Shown piece by piece: positions 38,369 through 53,347 of a DNA stretch of 64,000 bases. Each line of letters begins with the position of its first letter. Position 1 is the stretch's first letter. The position numbers and the translations under genes were made by a program. The notes under the pieces were generated by a model. The model ran no database searches and was not told where the DNA came from. It saw nothing but the letters and a program-made list of their open reading frames with translations. This DNA is from Schmidtea polychroa (Eukaryota). Where the stretch lies: assembly GCA_044892525.1 (NCBI GenBank), contig CM097885.1, positions 33,420,001-33,484,000 of the forward strand. The letters run 5' to 3'.

Positions 38369-40154
38369 CACAAAATATTTAACAAATAAAAATAAAAATG
38401 TATCTAATCTTTTATTTCACCTTTATTTTATAGTATTTGAATATATTGTAAATATTAATAATACTAATAAAAATATAAATAATTGTAAATGTTCAGGCTT
38501 TTAATAAATTGAATTGATTTAATGTCTAAATAAATAAATAAATGAATAATTAATAATGAATAGGCATTGGGGATCTTGTGATTACAACTGCTTAGCTTGT
38601 ATATGGTTGATGATTATTATTGATGATTATTTCTAAATTATAAAAAAGCTGAAAGGATAAATGTGTGATATTCTGAGAAACAAGAACATTTTTTTTACTA
38701 AAATCAACAAAGTTTTAAATTTTATTATGAAATACTCAGCAACGCAAAACACTTATTGGCATCTTTCGTAAAAAATCTGTTGAAACAATAGTTTTTACAT
38801 AAATCTTTAATAAACTGTAAATTCTTAAAATAAAATACTTTAACTTCATTGCACCAATAATGTATATTTATTAAACATGTTAGGATTTTTACACATTAGC
38901 TGCCACACACAATTTCATATTTTTACCTGCAAACCACATTTTGTCCAGGAGTTGTTTTTGTAAAATTAATATTTACTTTTTCTGATAGTATATTATTTTC
39001 ATATATAACATTTGTTTGTCAAACCATTCTAAAAACCCAAACTAGTTAGTATATATCTTCAACTAGCAGTCTAATACATGACAACAAAAATAATGATCGT
39101 TTTATGAGTTAACTCTTTGTTGGCGTATTAAATGAAACATCATATCCGAGTTATTTCGTAGTTGATAGTGAACGTGTTAAAAATTATTTCTGATTTATAT
39201 ATGATTGTATAAATCCTATTTCAATTTTTGATTAATAAAAAATTAGAAAAATAATTATTTAAATGTTAATTGTGTTTTTTAAAATACTATTTTATTTAGT
39301 TTTTTTAAAAATACTATTTTATTTAGTTTTTTGATAATTTTAATAATTAATTATTGCTATTCAAAATATTTCACAATAAAAAATATTATTTTGTTTTATC
39401 AATTATTTATTTTTAAAAACTTTAAATTCATTCAGAGAATAACTAAAAAATTTATGGTTTATTTTCAATTATTCAAACTATTTGGTATAAATAGTTTGTA
39501 TCATTTTAAACAAAATTCAAAGAATTATATAGCAATAGTCACTAAATACCAACAAATATATAATGAAAAGTAAAGAAAATAACCAATATAACTTTCGTAA
39601 AGTCGAAAAATCGAATTTAAATGCAAATTAAATACTCTAATAGAAGAATAAACTCTATTTTTCGATTTTGAAATGAATTAAATAATAAATATTAATAATT
39701 ATGTTCGCAAGTTACATTGTTGACATTTTTGAATCTTTTAAGAACAAAAGCTAGGGATGTCGTTTCTTCATAGCAAAAAGATAAGAGTGCATTATAAATT
39801 TGCCGAAATGTAAAACTAAATTTTGGTTATAGACTTTTATGTGTTATAAAATAATGATTATCTGTAGACTTTTCTGTGCAAAATTATTTTCATCTGAAAT
39901 TTTCACATCTAGATCAAATATCGATAGTAATATAAGCTTTGATATTTGCAAATATATTTTCAGTTACTTTTTCGTTATAACGAATTTATTGGAAAACTAA
40001 AAATAAAAAGCGATTTTAATTCGTTTAATTAAAAACAAGTGTTACAGTTATTAAGTACAGTTTTTTTTTGATCTTTTGCCATAAAAAATAGAAAAAAACA
40101 TTTACAAATAAAAAACATTGTTTACATTACTTGAGTAATAATTGTAAGCATTTG

Positions 40155-40385
40155 ATATTGTGAGGTGTTTTCATCTGAGAATTAAATATTTCAATGATTT
40201 ATTAAAATAATTTTAGATGATAAATAATTGACTATTTAAAATAATTCTTAAATTTTTAAATTAAAAAAGCTTTTTAATAATAAATCATTTTTAAATAAAT
40301 ATATTTTAAATATCGAAATTTTAGTAAATGGTTTTTGAAATATTTTATTCAACGCTGAAAATTAGTTTGGAAATTATACAATATT
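40155..40385. repeat. Dispersed repeat with an inverted copy at ~54855-55142
   Basis: GTGAGGTGTTTTCA..TCAATGATTTATTAA and TATTTTATTCAACGCTGAAAATT occur as reverse complements near 55090-55135 and 54875-54900. Confidence 0.7.
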
Positions 40386-42297
40386 TCATTAAATAAATAC
40401 TTAGAATTATGTCGTTAACTTTTGAACACCTCACAGATTTAAATAATAAAGAGAAAATATTTAATTATCAAACAATTCTTTTAATCTAATCCAAAGTGCT
40501 AATTTTCTCATAAACCTTTTATGGTGATAAAAATACAATAAATTAAAAGCCAAGAGTTAGTTTTTGAATTAAAAGATTTAGGTTAATATTTAATTTTAAA
40601 AGTTTTATTACAATTTTAACAACATGCATTGCAATAAACTAAATTTTAAGAGACGTCAGTTAGAAAACATTAGCATTATAATCAGGCAAATTGTACGTCC
40701 CAATTTATGCAACAATTAATCAACAATGATTCTTTTCAATGCAAATCTGAAAATATTTTTAATTTTAAAAATCTTGTCTACTGCTTTTATGTTTAATTTA
40801 TATTTTGTAACTTATTTTGTTTTCTTTAGTAAAACATTATCATAATAAAAAGTTAGATTTGCAGTGAAATTAATTGTTTTTTATTATTTGTTGCAATTCA
40901 AATTTTAATTAAAATAAATTATATTAATGAATAGAATGTAAAATTATTATTTTAACAGTATTTCCGGATTCCTGATATCCAGTATCGTCTGATTTCTTGA
41001 ATGATATGCTAGAAATATGTAAATTTTAATTCATTTTCAGCCTTGAAAATGTTGAAGATTATTTTAAATTTGAAAGTTAAATATTATCCAGTAAAAATAT
41101 ACATAATTAATTGAATTGTATACGGATATTATGCCAATTACTACTAAAAGGTAATTATTTAGAGTTGGATTGAATAAGTTGTAAATAAATCTTTTAATTT
41201 GAATCATTAGAAAACATAAAAATAATCTTCGAAAAAATCTTATAATATTATAAAAAACTATTATGAATTTATAATGAAAATATATTCTAAATATTAAGCA
41301 AAATAAAAATGATGATTAAGTAACAATTGGTGTGAAAAAAAGCACACTGAGGTGCATTTTTTATAGTAAATATTTTTTTACAAATATTGTGCCCAATAGT
41401 GCTTTCATAAACTCATTGTTAACTTCTTTGAAAGTTTGCAAGTCTGTTGTTGAATCTTTCACTGCTTTTGCTGTTATGTTATATAATAAATTCAGTCACT
41501 GGCGTCTAAAGCCGTAATCAAAGTTTAATATTTAAATTACACAAATTTTAAATAATAACACAATTTTAGAAAAAAAATTTTTAAAATTATTTTCAACGAT
41601 ATTTAAGTAAAATAAATTTTTGAAAAATGAAATTAATCTTCTTATCAAGGTCTGATGTTATAAATGTAAGTAAATCATTTTTCAGCATCGTGATCCGTTT
41701 AGAAATTGAATAATTTTGCAAATTAATCCATAGGCTGAAGGATTACATTTTTTAATTATTTTATTCTGATCGTTGTTGAAATATTTTTTTATATTTATTA
41801 TAATAATTACAAGTTTTTCAATAAAATTAATATTAAAATTCAATCGATTGTTTCTAAATGTTTCAGCGTAATTGGGTTTAAATGCACAACTTAAATTACA
41901 ACTTGTTATTGAAAAATTCGAAAGTTTTTAACCCTTTGAAGGTTATTAACCTAATAAAAATCTTCGGGGTTCTGACTAAAATTTACCTCTAAATGACCTC
42001 TAAATTACCTTTTGAATGAACTATTGTTCAAAAAGATCCATTGGTGGGAACTCAGAAAATTGAAACCTTCAAATTTTTCAAACCTTATAATATATATATC
42101 AAACAAAAGATATACTCTGAGTTTATCAGACAAGATAATTTGGATATTGCTCACAAGGGTCACACTCAACATGTCGTAAGTTATTTTCAAAGTTTAATTA
42201 TTATTATTTTTTTACTGGGGGTCCCTATAATGAACAAGTACCAATATTTATTTTGTCAAATGAAAATAAATGAAATATTAGAATAAAATACAGAGCA

Positions 42298-44980
42298 ATG
42301 ATGACCAAATATCATAAAGCAGATTGTTTATTGGATACAGGAGCACGAATTAATGTGATGGCTAAATCAGTAACTGATCGATTAGAAAATATCGAGATAA
42401 TAAAAACAAGTGAATCGCTAAGATGTGCAAACAACAGTAGATTAGAAACTATGGGTAAAATAAACATCTATGTTAAAAGGGGCGATAGTGAAATAAATGT
42501 AACATTCATTATAATAAGGAATATCATACAAGAAATTATCGGAGGAGTAGAACTACAAAGGTTATTTGGTATAGAATTGAAATGTATACGAGAAGAAAAT
42601 GGAAAACGTAGTGATTTCATTTGCGAAATAGAAGCTAGATTATGGCGGATTATAACAGATGAAGAAAGATTACGTCATGCCATCTATGTTTTAAAGGTTA
42701 CCAGAAATAAGAGACTGTTAGAAATATTTCAAGCAACCAAGAACGTTTTCATGGCAGATAAATGGGATATTGGGTGTACCAATCTGATTAAACATAAGAT
42801 CATCACGAAAGGAGAGCCAATAATGATTAAACCGAGACGTCAACCAATAAATTTGGAAGACAAGATTGAAGAAGCTATAAAAAATCTAGAAAACAACAGA
42901 ATAATTAAGAAGTTTATTTCACCGTGGAACACAACTTTAGTTTGTGTATGGAAGAAAGAGAAAAAAGACATCAGGTTTTGTCTAGACTTTAGACAATTAA
43001 ACAAGATAACAGAAAGACAAGCATTTCCAATGCCAAATATTTTAGCTCGATCGACTTGGGAAATGCTTATTACCAAGTGAAGCTATATAAGGAATCTCAA
43101 GAGAAAACACCATTCTCAACAAAAGAAGGACAGTTCTGTTTGAACATGATGCCGTTCGGTATAGCAGCGGCACCAGAAACATTTCAAGAATTAATGCCGA
43201 AAGTATTGAAAGATTTGTTGAAAGATGGAAGGATGATATATTTAGACGACATACTAATATTGACAAAGACAGAAGAAGAACACTATAACGTATTTAGAAG
43301 AGTTCTAGCGAAGATCTTAACAGCAGGACTAAGATTGAACTCCGATAAATGTCAAATATTTAGGAAAGTGAAGTTAATAACGAGGCATACAAACTAATCA
43401 TACTAAGATAGAAGCAATACAATCATTTCAAAAGCCAAAATGTGTAAAGAATCTGAGGAGCTTTTTTGATATCTGTAACTATTATCAACGGTTCATAAAA
43501 GACTATACAAAGAAAGCAAGAGCACTAGAAAGCATATGCGGAAAAAACAATGAGAAAATAAGATGGACAGAGATGTGTGAAAAGGCTTTCGGGGAAATAA
43601 AAGAAGCATTGGTAACCGCCACAGCATTGGTATTTCCAGACTTCAGAAAAGAATTTATATTAGACACAGACGCAAGCTTCGATAATATTGGAGCAGTTCT
43701 TTCGCAAAAGAATGAAAAAAGGACATGAACATGTCATTGCATATGGTTCACATGTGATGAGCAGCCACGAAAAAGGATAATGCATTACCAGGAAAGAATT
43801 ATTGGCAATATGTACTATTTTTGTAAACATTTCAACCATTACTTATATGGGAAAAGATTTTCACTGAGAACGGACCATAAAGCGATTACGTTCATGGTAA
43901 CAACGAAAAAACCAATAACTGCTCAATTCCAGAATGGATCAACTATTTAAGCAGTCTGAATATTAAAATGGAATACAGGAAAGGAAAAAGCCATACAAAC
44001 GTGGATATGCTATCCAGGAAAACATGCAGAATATGTGTACAGTGTATGATGGAACACGATGATCCAAAAACCGGCAAAATTAAAACTAGAATATTAACAG
44101 TAACAACAGAAGGCGGATATAACAAGTGGCGAAATGACAACGTGGAGGTCCAAGAAATAAAGAATAAGTTAAAAATAAAGATTGTAAATTCTTAATGGTA
44201 CACGGTACTAACTAAGCAAGGTACAATATGGATACCATCAGATAATAGACAGAATATGATAAAAGAAGTGCACGTATTGCTGTGCTATGCAGGTACACAG
44301 AAAGTAATTGAGGATTGAGAACTCCGAAAGATGTCAGAAAATGAAAACGATAACAACCAAGACAAAGGAGGAAACTCAAACAGTAAAGAGTACTGAACCA
44401 TTCGAGAAGATATATATGGACATATGTGGGCCATTGAAAGAAATGTTCAATAAAAAGAAATATATTTGCGGAATCATTGACCATTATAGTAAATACATCT
44501 CATTAACGGCCATAAACAAGCAAGACGAAAAATGAATTAGTGAGACTTTATTAAATAGATGGATATTAAAGTTTGGAGCTTCAACAGAACTTCATGTAGA
44601 TTGTGGGAAGAACTTTGAAGCAAGAAGTATTAAATAACTAGCAAAGGCAGTAATCGTCTCAAGCCCATATCACCACAGCACGAATGGTATAATTGAAAGA
44701 CAGTTCAGAACAATCAGAGAGTATATTAACGCATCATCGAATGAAGGAGGAAGAAAAATCTGGGCTGATTTAGTACCAGAAATAGAATATACTTTAAATA
44801 CAACAGTTCAAAAAACAACGGGAGTAAGTCCAGCAGAGATTATATTTGGAAAGAAAATCAACATAATGAAATGGTACACGAATAAAGAAATAAATAGAGA
44901 GGATATGGAAAAGAGAATAGAGGATAAAACACTAAAGCCAAACGGAAGCAAAACAATGAGAAACTTTGAAATGGAAGATA
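42298..44980 (+). pseudogene. Ty3/Gypsy LTR-retrotransposon pol remnant (protease-RT-RNase H-integrase)
   Basis: LLDTGA (protease); SPWN, RFCLDFRQLN, MPFG and YLDD (RT); LDTDAS and LRTDHK (RNase H); PFEKIYMDICGP, IIDHYSKY, HVDCG and NGIIERQFRTI (integrase). Many stops and frameshifts; no flanking LTR pair recognised. Confidence 0.93.
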
Positions 44981-45815
44981 TCACTACGAAGTTTTAAGTG
45001 AAGTGCTGGATAACATTGAAAAGGCGGGTCTTAGGATAAACCCTGAAAAGTGTCATATCCTTAAAGAGAAAGTCAAATATTTTAAGTCACATAATCAACA
45101 AAGATGGAATACAGACGGATCCGTCAAAGCTAGACCCGATTAAATCATTTGGATAGTCAAAATGTGTTAAGAATCTGAGAAGCTTCCTAGGAATATGCAA
45201 TTACTACAGAAGATGTATAAAGGAATACGCAAAAAAGGTAAGAGGTTTAGAAGAACTATGCGGGTTAAATAACAAAAAATTAAATGGGACTGACGGATGC
45301 AACATCGCATTTGAAAATGTGAAAAATGCTTTAATGTCTTCACCTATTCTAGGGTTTTCAGATTTCTAAAGAGAATTCATTCTGGATACTGATGCGAGTT
45401 TTGACACGATTGGGGCAGTATTATCACAGAAAGACGACAACGGGTGCAAAAAGGTTATAGCATACGGTTCTCATTTACAGGTTGTTCATTACAGGAAACA
45501 TTCAGAAAGAAAAGATATATAGACACTAAGATTGATCAATTTAGCAGATATATCTCTTTGACTGCAGTCGCTAAACAGTATGAGGAAACGGTGAAGGAAA
45601 CAATACTACAAAAATGGATTCTTAGATTTGGAGCACCAAAGGAAATTCACACAGATTGTGGAAAAGTATTTGAATCTAAGACGATGAAAGATTTTACAAA
45701 ATCAATGGGAATTACACTATGCTTTTCAAGTCCATACCACCATAATACAAATAGTGTGATAGAACGTCAATTCAGGACAATAAGAGACTATTTAAATGCA
45801 TCATTAAAAGAAAAA
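44981..45815 (+). pseudogene. Second, more deleted Gypsy pol remnant fused directly downstream
   Basis: Restarts at the end of RT (HYEVL..AGLRINPEKC), then LRSFLGICNYYR and LDTDASFDTIGAVLSQ, then jumps to the integrase core (IDQFSRY, IHTDCG, VIERQFRTI). Confidence 0.88.
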
Positions 45816-46563
45816 AATTTGCAATTTAAGTATGAATGTGGTATGTTGACGGTAAGTTGATATATTTGGTTGAAATTAAAATTTATAAAAAGAAAATGTC
45901 CCAAGAATATTTGTTTATATAAGCAGATTTAATGAAATATATTTTTGGATTTATTTAGTTTGAGTAATTTATTTGATGACAGAATAATTGAATGTTATAG
46001 CATCTAACATTTCTGATATTCAAACTCTTAATAATGAACATAATAATTTTGATTAATACAGTTTTGCTCAATGAATTGTATAATGGAACTACATGAATTG
46101 ACATTTTAGACAAAAATGAATGTACAATGTACAATTAAAGATACAGACTTTGAATCTTTAATCAGTAACTATATTATAACTTACTTTAATATTCCCGTTA
46201 AATTTCCTTTAAATTGTACGAATAAACTTTAAAGTACAAATATGATTCGAAATTCAAAATACTAATAAAAAATAATGGATAAATATGAATTTAATTGTAT
46301 TCGTAGAATTCGGTTTTTAACGAAATATTTCTATAAAATAATATATAAATAATATAAATAAATCTACTAAATTTTGTTAAGATAATGAGTTAAATGATGA
46401 TATTTTGAAGAATTTATCAATCACGTTTTTAAAAAGTTTATATTCAAAGTATCTTGAAAGCTTTCTAGAAAATCTTTGTAATTTATCTTTTGATGTATTT
46501 GAAGCCTTTTCTTAAAAATTTCTAAATTCATATTTATTTGAGCTATTTTATTAAAAATGCATG

Positions 46564-49500
46564 AGTAGGTAGTTAGTTGCCTACTACAACAATTACCCCG
46601 CGGGGGGGGGGGGGATAAAATTGTTGCAACTCGGTTTTTTGCTTTTTTTACTTAATTTTTGCAGTGGGCTACGCTTATTTTTTCTGGGATTTTCAATAGA
46701 AAAAAATATTTTCAATACAACTGCTTTTTGATACGTAATTTTTGCAATAAGCTACACTTATTTTTTCTGGGATTTTCAATATAAAAAAAATCATATAGAA
46801 AAAAAGGCAAAGATTTCTCTGATTATAATGAAGGAGTCTCCTTGGTCCTGGGATTTTAAATACAAATATCAAAAAAGCATAGAATTTTCTAAGTAAATTA
46901 AGGTGGGTCTCCTTGGTCCTTAGAATTTCAATACAAAATTCAATTATCACTAAAAAGCATTGGTGAATCAGTCAAATTATCACAAATAAAGAACTTTGAT
47001 AAAAATATTATTCTAAAGTGGTAAGCAATTGTAGGATAAAAATGAAAGGAGAATTATTTTTTCACAAAATTTGATAAAATTAACAATATTATACTCATGT
47101 GGTAAGAATCTTCATTAAAGTGAGGAAATTATTCATTACTCTATGATAAATTAATTAATAAATTCAAAAGGTTGAATTATTCAAAGTGGTAGAATTATTC
47201 ATTAATGGATTATGGGAGATAAATACTGAGAAGGGGCATAAAAATATTTTATAAAAATGATCACTTTAATAAAAATATTTAGTACAATTTTAAAAGAAAT
47301 ATTTGCGGGGGTGTGGAATATAGGTGATAATAATTAGTGGAATATCGTGGAATATAAGTGATTAATTAATGGAAAATCGAAAATCGGGGAATATAAGTGA
47401 TAATAATTAGTGATATATCAAAAATCGTGAGGGCTATAAGTGAGGAGGACAGATAATTAAAGTTATTTTTAATATATTACTATCGAATAAAAATATTTTA
47501 ATAACGCGTTATTGATAGACATTTATTCTGATAAAGTGTTTAATCCTCAAATGACTATTTTATTACATAACAAACTGTGACTATTTTATTATATAACAAG
47601 CTGTGGAAGATATTTTAAAATACTAATCTTTAAAGACAAAAATATTTCAGGGTCATTTGATACTTTTCAGATGATTTGATTGGATAATTCGCTTGGATAT
47701 AACAAATTTTGTCAATTAAATGAATTTACGGGTTTATTAGATGTTATCATTAGTGGTCTTATATCAGTCTCTTTTGGAATTTAATGATAATTTCTTTTTA
47801 GTGTAGATTGCCGAATTTGATAATTATAATGAATTTATACTGATTTTTTTGAATTTATTAAGCAATCAGTAAATCAATTTGAGTACATGTATTACTTTTA
47901 AAAAAATAATTAAAATTAATTTATTCAATCTAAATCAATTTTCTACTAGATCTTATTTTAAAATTCTTATTAATTTATTATTTTAGTTGTTAGTATCTAG
48001 TTAATGGGTATGTGGGTGGTTGAGTGTGACCAATACCCTTACAACCAGTACCCTTAGGAAGTCAAAACATCCTGTCGGATAAACTCAGACTATATATATT
48101 AAAACGAATCAACAATAACTATTTATTGAATGCAATTTTTACTTTGCAATAGTAAGTCAGTAGTAATCAATTAAAATAAGATTGTTTTGTGAATTAGAAT
48201 TAGAATTCTATAGTCTTTTATTGTAATTTAAATTATCCTCAATTCCACGTGGTGTTTTAAAGTGTTTTAAAATTATTCATTTTTTGATGAAAATCATCAT
48301 TTTTGTTAAATTTAGGCACTTAGAAAAGGTTTTTCTACTGATTTTAATTAAAAATATTTTTGAAGACTAATAAAAAATTAATTTAAAAAGCATTTGCTAA
48401 AATGAATAATATTTAGTTGATTGTAAGTAGTAAGTTGTAAGTATGTAATTGTTTGAGAGTTAGTACTAGTACCAAGTTGGTTGCTTGTTGTTGGTTGTTA
48501 TTATATGGTATCATGTTGTAAGTATTCGGTGATTATTTATTTGCACTTAGTTAAAAATATTTAGTAGCCGGTAGTTGGTAACAGATTGTAAATAATGCCT
48601 AGATAGTAATTGTTAGCTATTTGTTAGAAGTACATAGTTGTTAGTATTTGGTTGGCTTTTTAGATTTTGACAAGAATATAAGAAATAATCTACTTGTTGA
48701 ATTAAGAAGAGCTTATTATAAGCAAATACTTGATGAAATATTTTATTAAGTCTTTAATTGTTATTATTTTATCTGTAGGTATGCGGTTGTTAGTACAAGG
48801 TTGTTAGTCCTTGGTAGCTAGTTGTAAGTACTTCGTAGCAGGTATCTGGATATAAGTACTTGGTTGTTTTGAGTACTTGGTTTATGAATTATTATTACTA
48901 TTATATTATTATTATTATAATCATTATTATTATCATTATTATTTTTTTATTATTATTATCATTGAAATTTGCATTTAAAATTATCTTTTAAAAATATTTC
49001 TTACAAACATTCATTTTAATTTGACTTTAAAAATTAACTTAAAAAAATTAGATTTCTCAAAACGTTTGTGGTTATTCAATCTTTTGATAATAAATTTAAA
49101 AATTATTCCTTTAATTTACTTATTTAAAAATTATTACTTTACTTTTTCAACTTTAATGTAATGTTTTAGACCATTGATTACTTAATTAAATATTTTGGAC
49201 CTTAATTTACTTTAATTTAACCCTTTATTTACTTAATTTAACTTTTGTTTACCAATTATTACTTTAATTTACCTATTTATCCTTGTATTACTTAATTTAA
49301 CATTTTACAACATACTTTACTTAACAACCGATAACCCTTATTTACATATTTAACCAATAATTTCATGTAGTGAATGATTAATTGACAAAGATTTGCATCT
49401 AAAATTGACTCTGAAAATTATTTCATTAAAATTTTCATTTAAATTTGAATTTAAAAATTATTCCATAAAAATTTCCATTAAAAAATTGCATTTCTCAAAA

Positions 49501-50768
49501 ATATTGGTGGTTATTCAATCTTTTGATAATAAATTTAAAAATCTTACTTTTTTTTTTATTTACTTATTTTAAAAATTATTACTTTAATTTACTTATTTAA
49601 CTTTAATTTAAAAGTTTAGACCATTGATTACTTAATTTACAAATTTAAACCTTAATTTACCGTATTTTAGCGCATATAACGCGTGCGGTATCTGATTACA
49701 ATAAACAATAAAACCGATGGTAGGGTTACTGTCACATCATAAAAATATTTCCACTGGCAATGCCGCCACGTGTAAAATATAAATCATAAAGCGCGCACCC
49801 ACAGATACCGCGCATGGGGGGTGCACGGTTTGTAAAAATGCGTATAACGCGCGCGTTATATGCGGTAAAATACGGTACTTTAATTTTTAATTCTGGACCT
49901 TAATTTACCTATTTGAGCGCATTGATTACTTTAATTTAAAAATCTAGACCTTAATTTACTTTAATTTTACATTCATACCATAATTTACTTATTTGTACCC
50001 ATAATTTACTTTAATTCAAAAATCTGAGCCTATTATTTACTTTAATTTAAAAATTTGAATCATTAATTAATTTAATTCAAAAATTTAGACCATAATTTAC
50101 TTTATTTTAAATTTTTAGGCTGTAATTTACTTAGCTTTACTTAATTGAGCCTTTAATTTACTTTAATTTAATTTTTTAGAGTCTAAAATTTAGACCATTG
50201 TTTACTTAATTCAAAAATCGGAGCCCATAATTTACTTTAATTTAAAAATTTGAACCTTAATTAACTATAATTTAAAATTTTAGAGCATAATTTAATTTAT
50301 TTCAAAAATTTACCATGCTTTTTTAGTGTAGACTGGTATTTGTATTGAAAATCCCAGGACCAAGGAGACCCACCTTAAAAATATTTAGAAAAATCATTGC
50401 TTTTTTAGTGAAGACCACCTTTTTCTATTGAAATACTTAGGACCAAGAACCTCATCTTAATTTACTTAGAAAATTCCATGCTTTTTAGTGATAATTGAAT
50501 TTTGTATTGATAATCCCACGACCAAGGAGACCCACCTCAATAATACTTGGAAATATCCATGCTTTTTAAGTGTAGACCCTTTTTGTATTGAAAATCCCAG
50601 GACCAAGGAGACCCCCTCACTATACTCAGAGAAATAATGGCTTTTTTCTATAGGGCCTCTTTGTATTGAAAATTTTATTTTGTATTGAAAATCCCAGAAA
50701 AATTTAGTGTAGCTTACTGCAACAAGTACGGGGGGAGTATTGTTGCATGGATCTACTAACTACCTACT
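46564..50768 (-). mobile_element. Non-autonomous Polinton-like element, 4,205 bp, perfect 6-bp TSD
   Basis: AGTAGGTAGTTAG at 46564 and CTAACTACCTACT ending at 50768; TGCATG at 46558-46563 and 50769-50774. Same arm sub-repeats as the pPolB element. Internal segments are reverse complements of parts of 1130-1282 and 23145-23400. No coding ORF. Confidence 0.92.
49660..49875. mobile_element. Tc1/mariner-pogo-type MITE nested in the Polinton-like arm
   Basis: TIRs CCGTATTTTAGCGCATATAACGCG and CGCGTTATATGCGGTAAAATACGG with a TA duplication; removing it restores the arm unit CCTTAATTTACTTTAA. Confidence 0.88.
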
Positions 50769-50801
50769 TGCATGGTTAGCAGAACTTCTTTTATAAATCT
50801 A

Positions 50802-51127
<326 letters not shown>

Positions 51128-52939
51128 AAAAATTTTTTTAATCTATTTCTGAATTTAGTTAAATGTTAATGCTTATTTCTTTTACAGTAAAATTTATTAT
51201 CTGAAAATTTAATATTTATAAATTCCATTAAATGATGCATTCAAAGTGAAAACCCAAAATCTTTAAATATCTTTTATAATTCAATATTTTTAAATTATAT
51301 ATTTTAATATTCATTTCGTGACATTTCTTTTATTTGATACCTTAAATTATTTTTAATATTATTTTTAATTATTTTTAAAATTGTGAAATATTATGAATAA
51401 TTCTTGCATTTGATGAACAAATTAAAATATTTCAACAAAATCAACAAAAATTGAAGTTACGAATTGCATTGGTTTTTTCTTTAAAGGTGGATTTTAGGAT
51501 GTTAGTTTTTGTTGAGAATTGCCTCTTGAAATTATAAATCTTAGTAATCGTTGTGAATTGCTATGATTTTTATTGAAAGATTTTCTGTCTTAGTCTAACA
51601 TTGTTAAAGATGTATGTATAATGTAGATTTCCCAGTAGGATGCAGATGTCCTCTTAGTCTTTGGTTCCAGGTTCCAAATATGCATCTAATATATATTTCA
51701 TTGCATTCTTTGCACATGATAAAATGCTCGACTTTTCGCTAATATTCTTTGGTGTTTTGAGGTTTTTAATCATCCAAATAGTTTTTTTTAATTTATAGCG
51801 AAGGCTTGCTTCTCTGTCGAAGATTTTTTTGCTGTAACAATAGGAAGGGAAGTGGCCAAATGTTGTCTTGCACAAACAAACGAATACATTAGGAAGTCTT
51901 TTATTAATTTCAAAAAGATAGGTAACATTTAATTAATAATAATAATAAAACAACAATAAAGTCATAAATAATTAAAATAATGTTAATGGACTGCAAGGCG
52001 GATGCAACATCATGAATATTACCTAATGAGTAATTATAAGTAACTGACTGTTTTTCAGTGATCATACAAACATGTTAATTATATTTTAGTTAAAAATAGC
52101 AAAAAAACAAACAGGAAACATTATTATTATGATTTCAATATTAAAAATCATTCAGCACGTCAGACTGCATATTATCCCTTATGTAATTAGTAAACAACGA
52201 AGGTTTTTCCAAATGGAAAAATGAGTCCTTTCAACCGCTCCTTTCTAAAATATTCCTAAAAAAGTTCTGAAAATTTATGTAATTAGTGATGGCATTGAAT
52301 AATTATCCTTTGTAAATTCGTCCGTAATAATTACCTATATTATCTATGAAAGTGATGTGCAAATAATTATTTGTTTGTTTTTTTTATTTAGATTATATAT
52401 GAGTGAAAGATTAGATTGTTTATTTTAGGCTTCACTAAATATTAAAATTATTAAAATATTATATCTGAGATTACGTGTCACGAGGATTACTTTAGAGTAC
52501 TTTATATGTTTTTTCAGTATATTAATACAGTAACTTAAGTATATTCTGTTTATTGTGACTATATGAAACTAGAGTCTCTGATATATACAATATATTCTAA
52601 TAACTGATTCATTCAATATTGGAGGCTGGAAATTTGTGTTGCATACGACTAATTTTTGATTTTTTGCCAGAATGAAAATAAATGAAATATATATTATTAA
52701 ATTAATAATTTTAATAAAAATACAAATATGAATGGAATAGCAATATATTTCCAATTGAATTTTTTAATTTAAAGTTTTTCACTTAGATTTTTCTATTTTA
52801 TTTGTCAATACTAATTACTTAGTGAGGGGGCTACATATTTTAAACAAACTACAATAATAATTTTTGAATTATTAAACGATTCCCATTTTTTCATCGAAAC
52901 TTTTTTATCGAAAAAAATAATTTCTAAAATAAATACTAT

Positions 52940-52956
52940 ATTATTATTATTATTTA

Positions 52957-53025
<69 letters not shown>
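52940..53025. repeat. (TAT)n microsatellite
   Basis: Direct inspection. Confidence 0.93.
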
Positions 53026-53030
<5 letters not shown>

Positions 53031-53347
53031 GTTTATTATGTATAGTCAGAGTTATCATCTTAAAAACAATAGTCATTCATACATAAAGAATAAATGCTAA
53101 TATTTTTACTAATAAACGTATTTATATTAGAAATTATTATAAAAACATTTTTCGATAAAAACATTTTTGATAAAAAAATTTCGATGAAAAAAATTCTCTG
53201 TATAAAATTCTCTGTATAAAACAATAGAAAACATTAAAAATCATTTATCAAAAATGAAAACAAGAAATTATATTTTACTGATGATTTTATAATGATTATA
53301 TAGATAATTTTATAATATAAATATTTACAGTGTTTTATTTCTTTCAG

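Noticed and set aside
42298..45815. Gypsy integrase as the missing Polinton integrase
   Set aside because: It is part of PR-RT-RH-IN pol remnants, lies outside the Polinton-like termini, and is disrupted.
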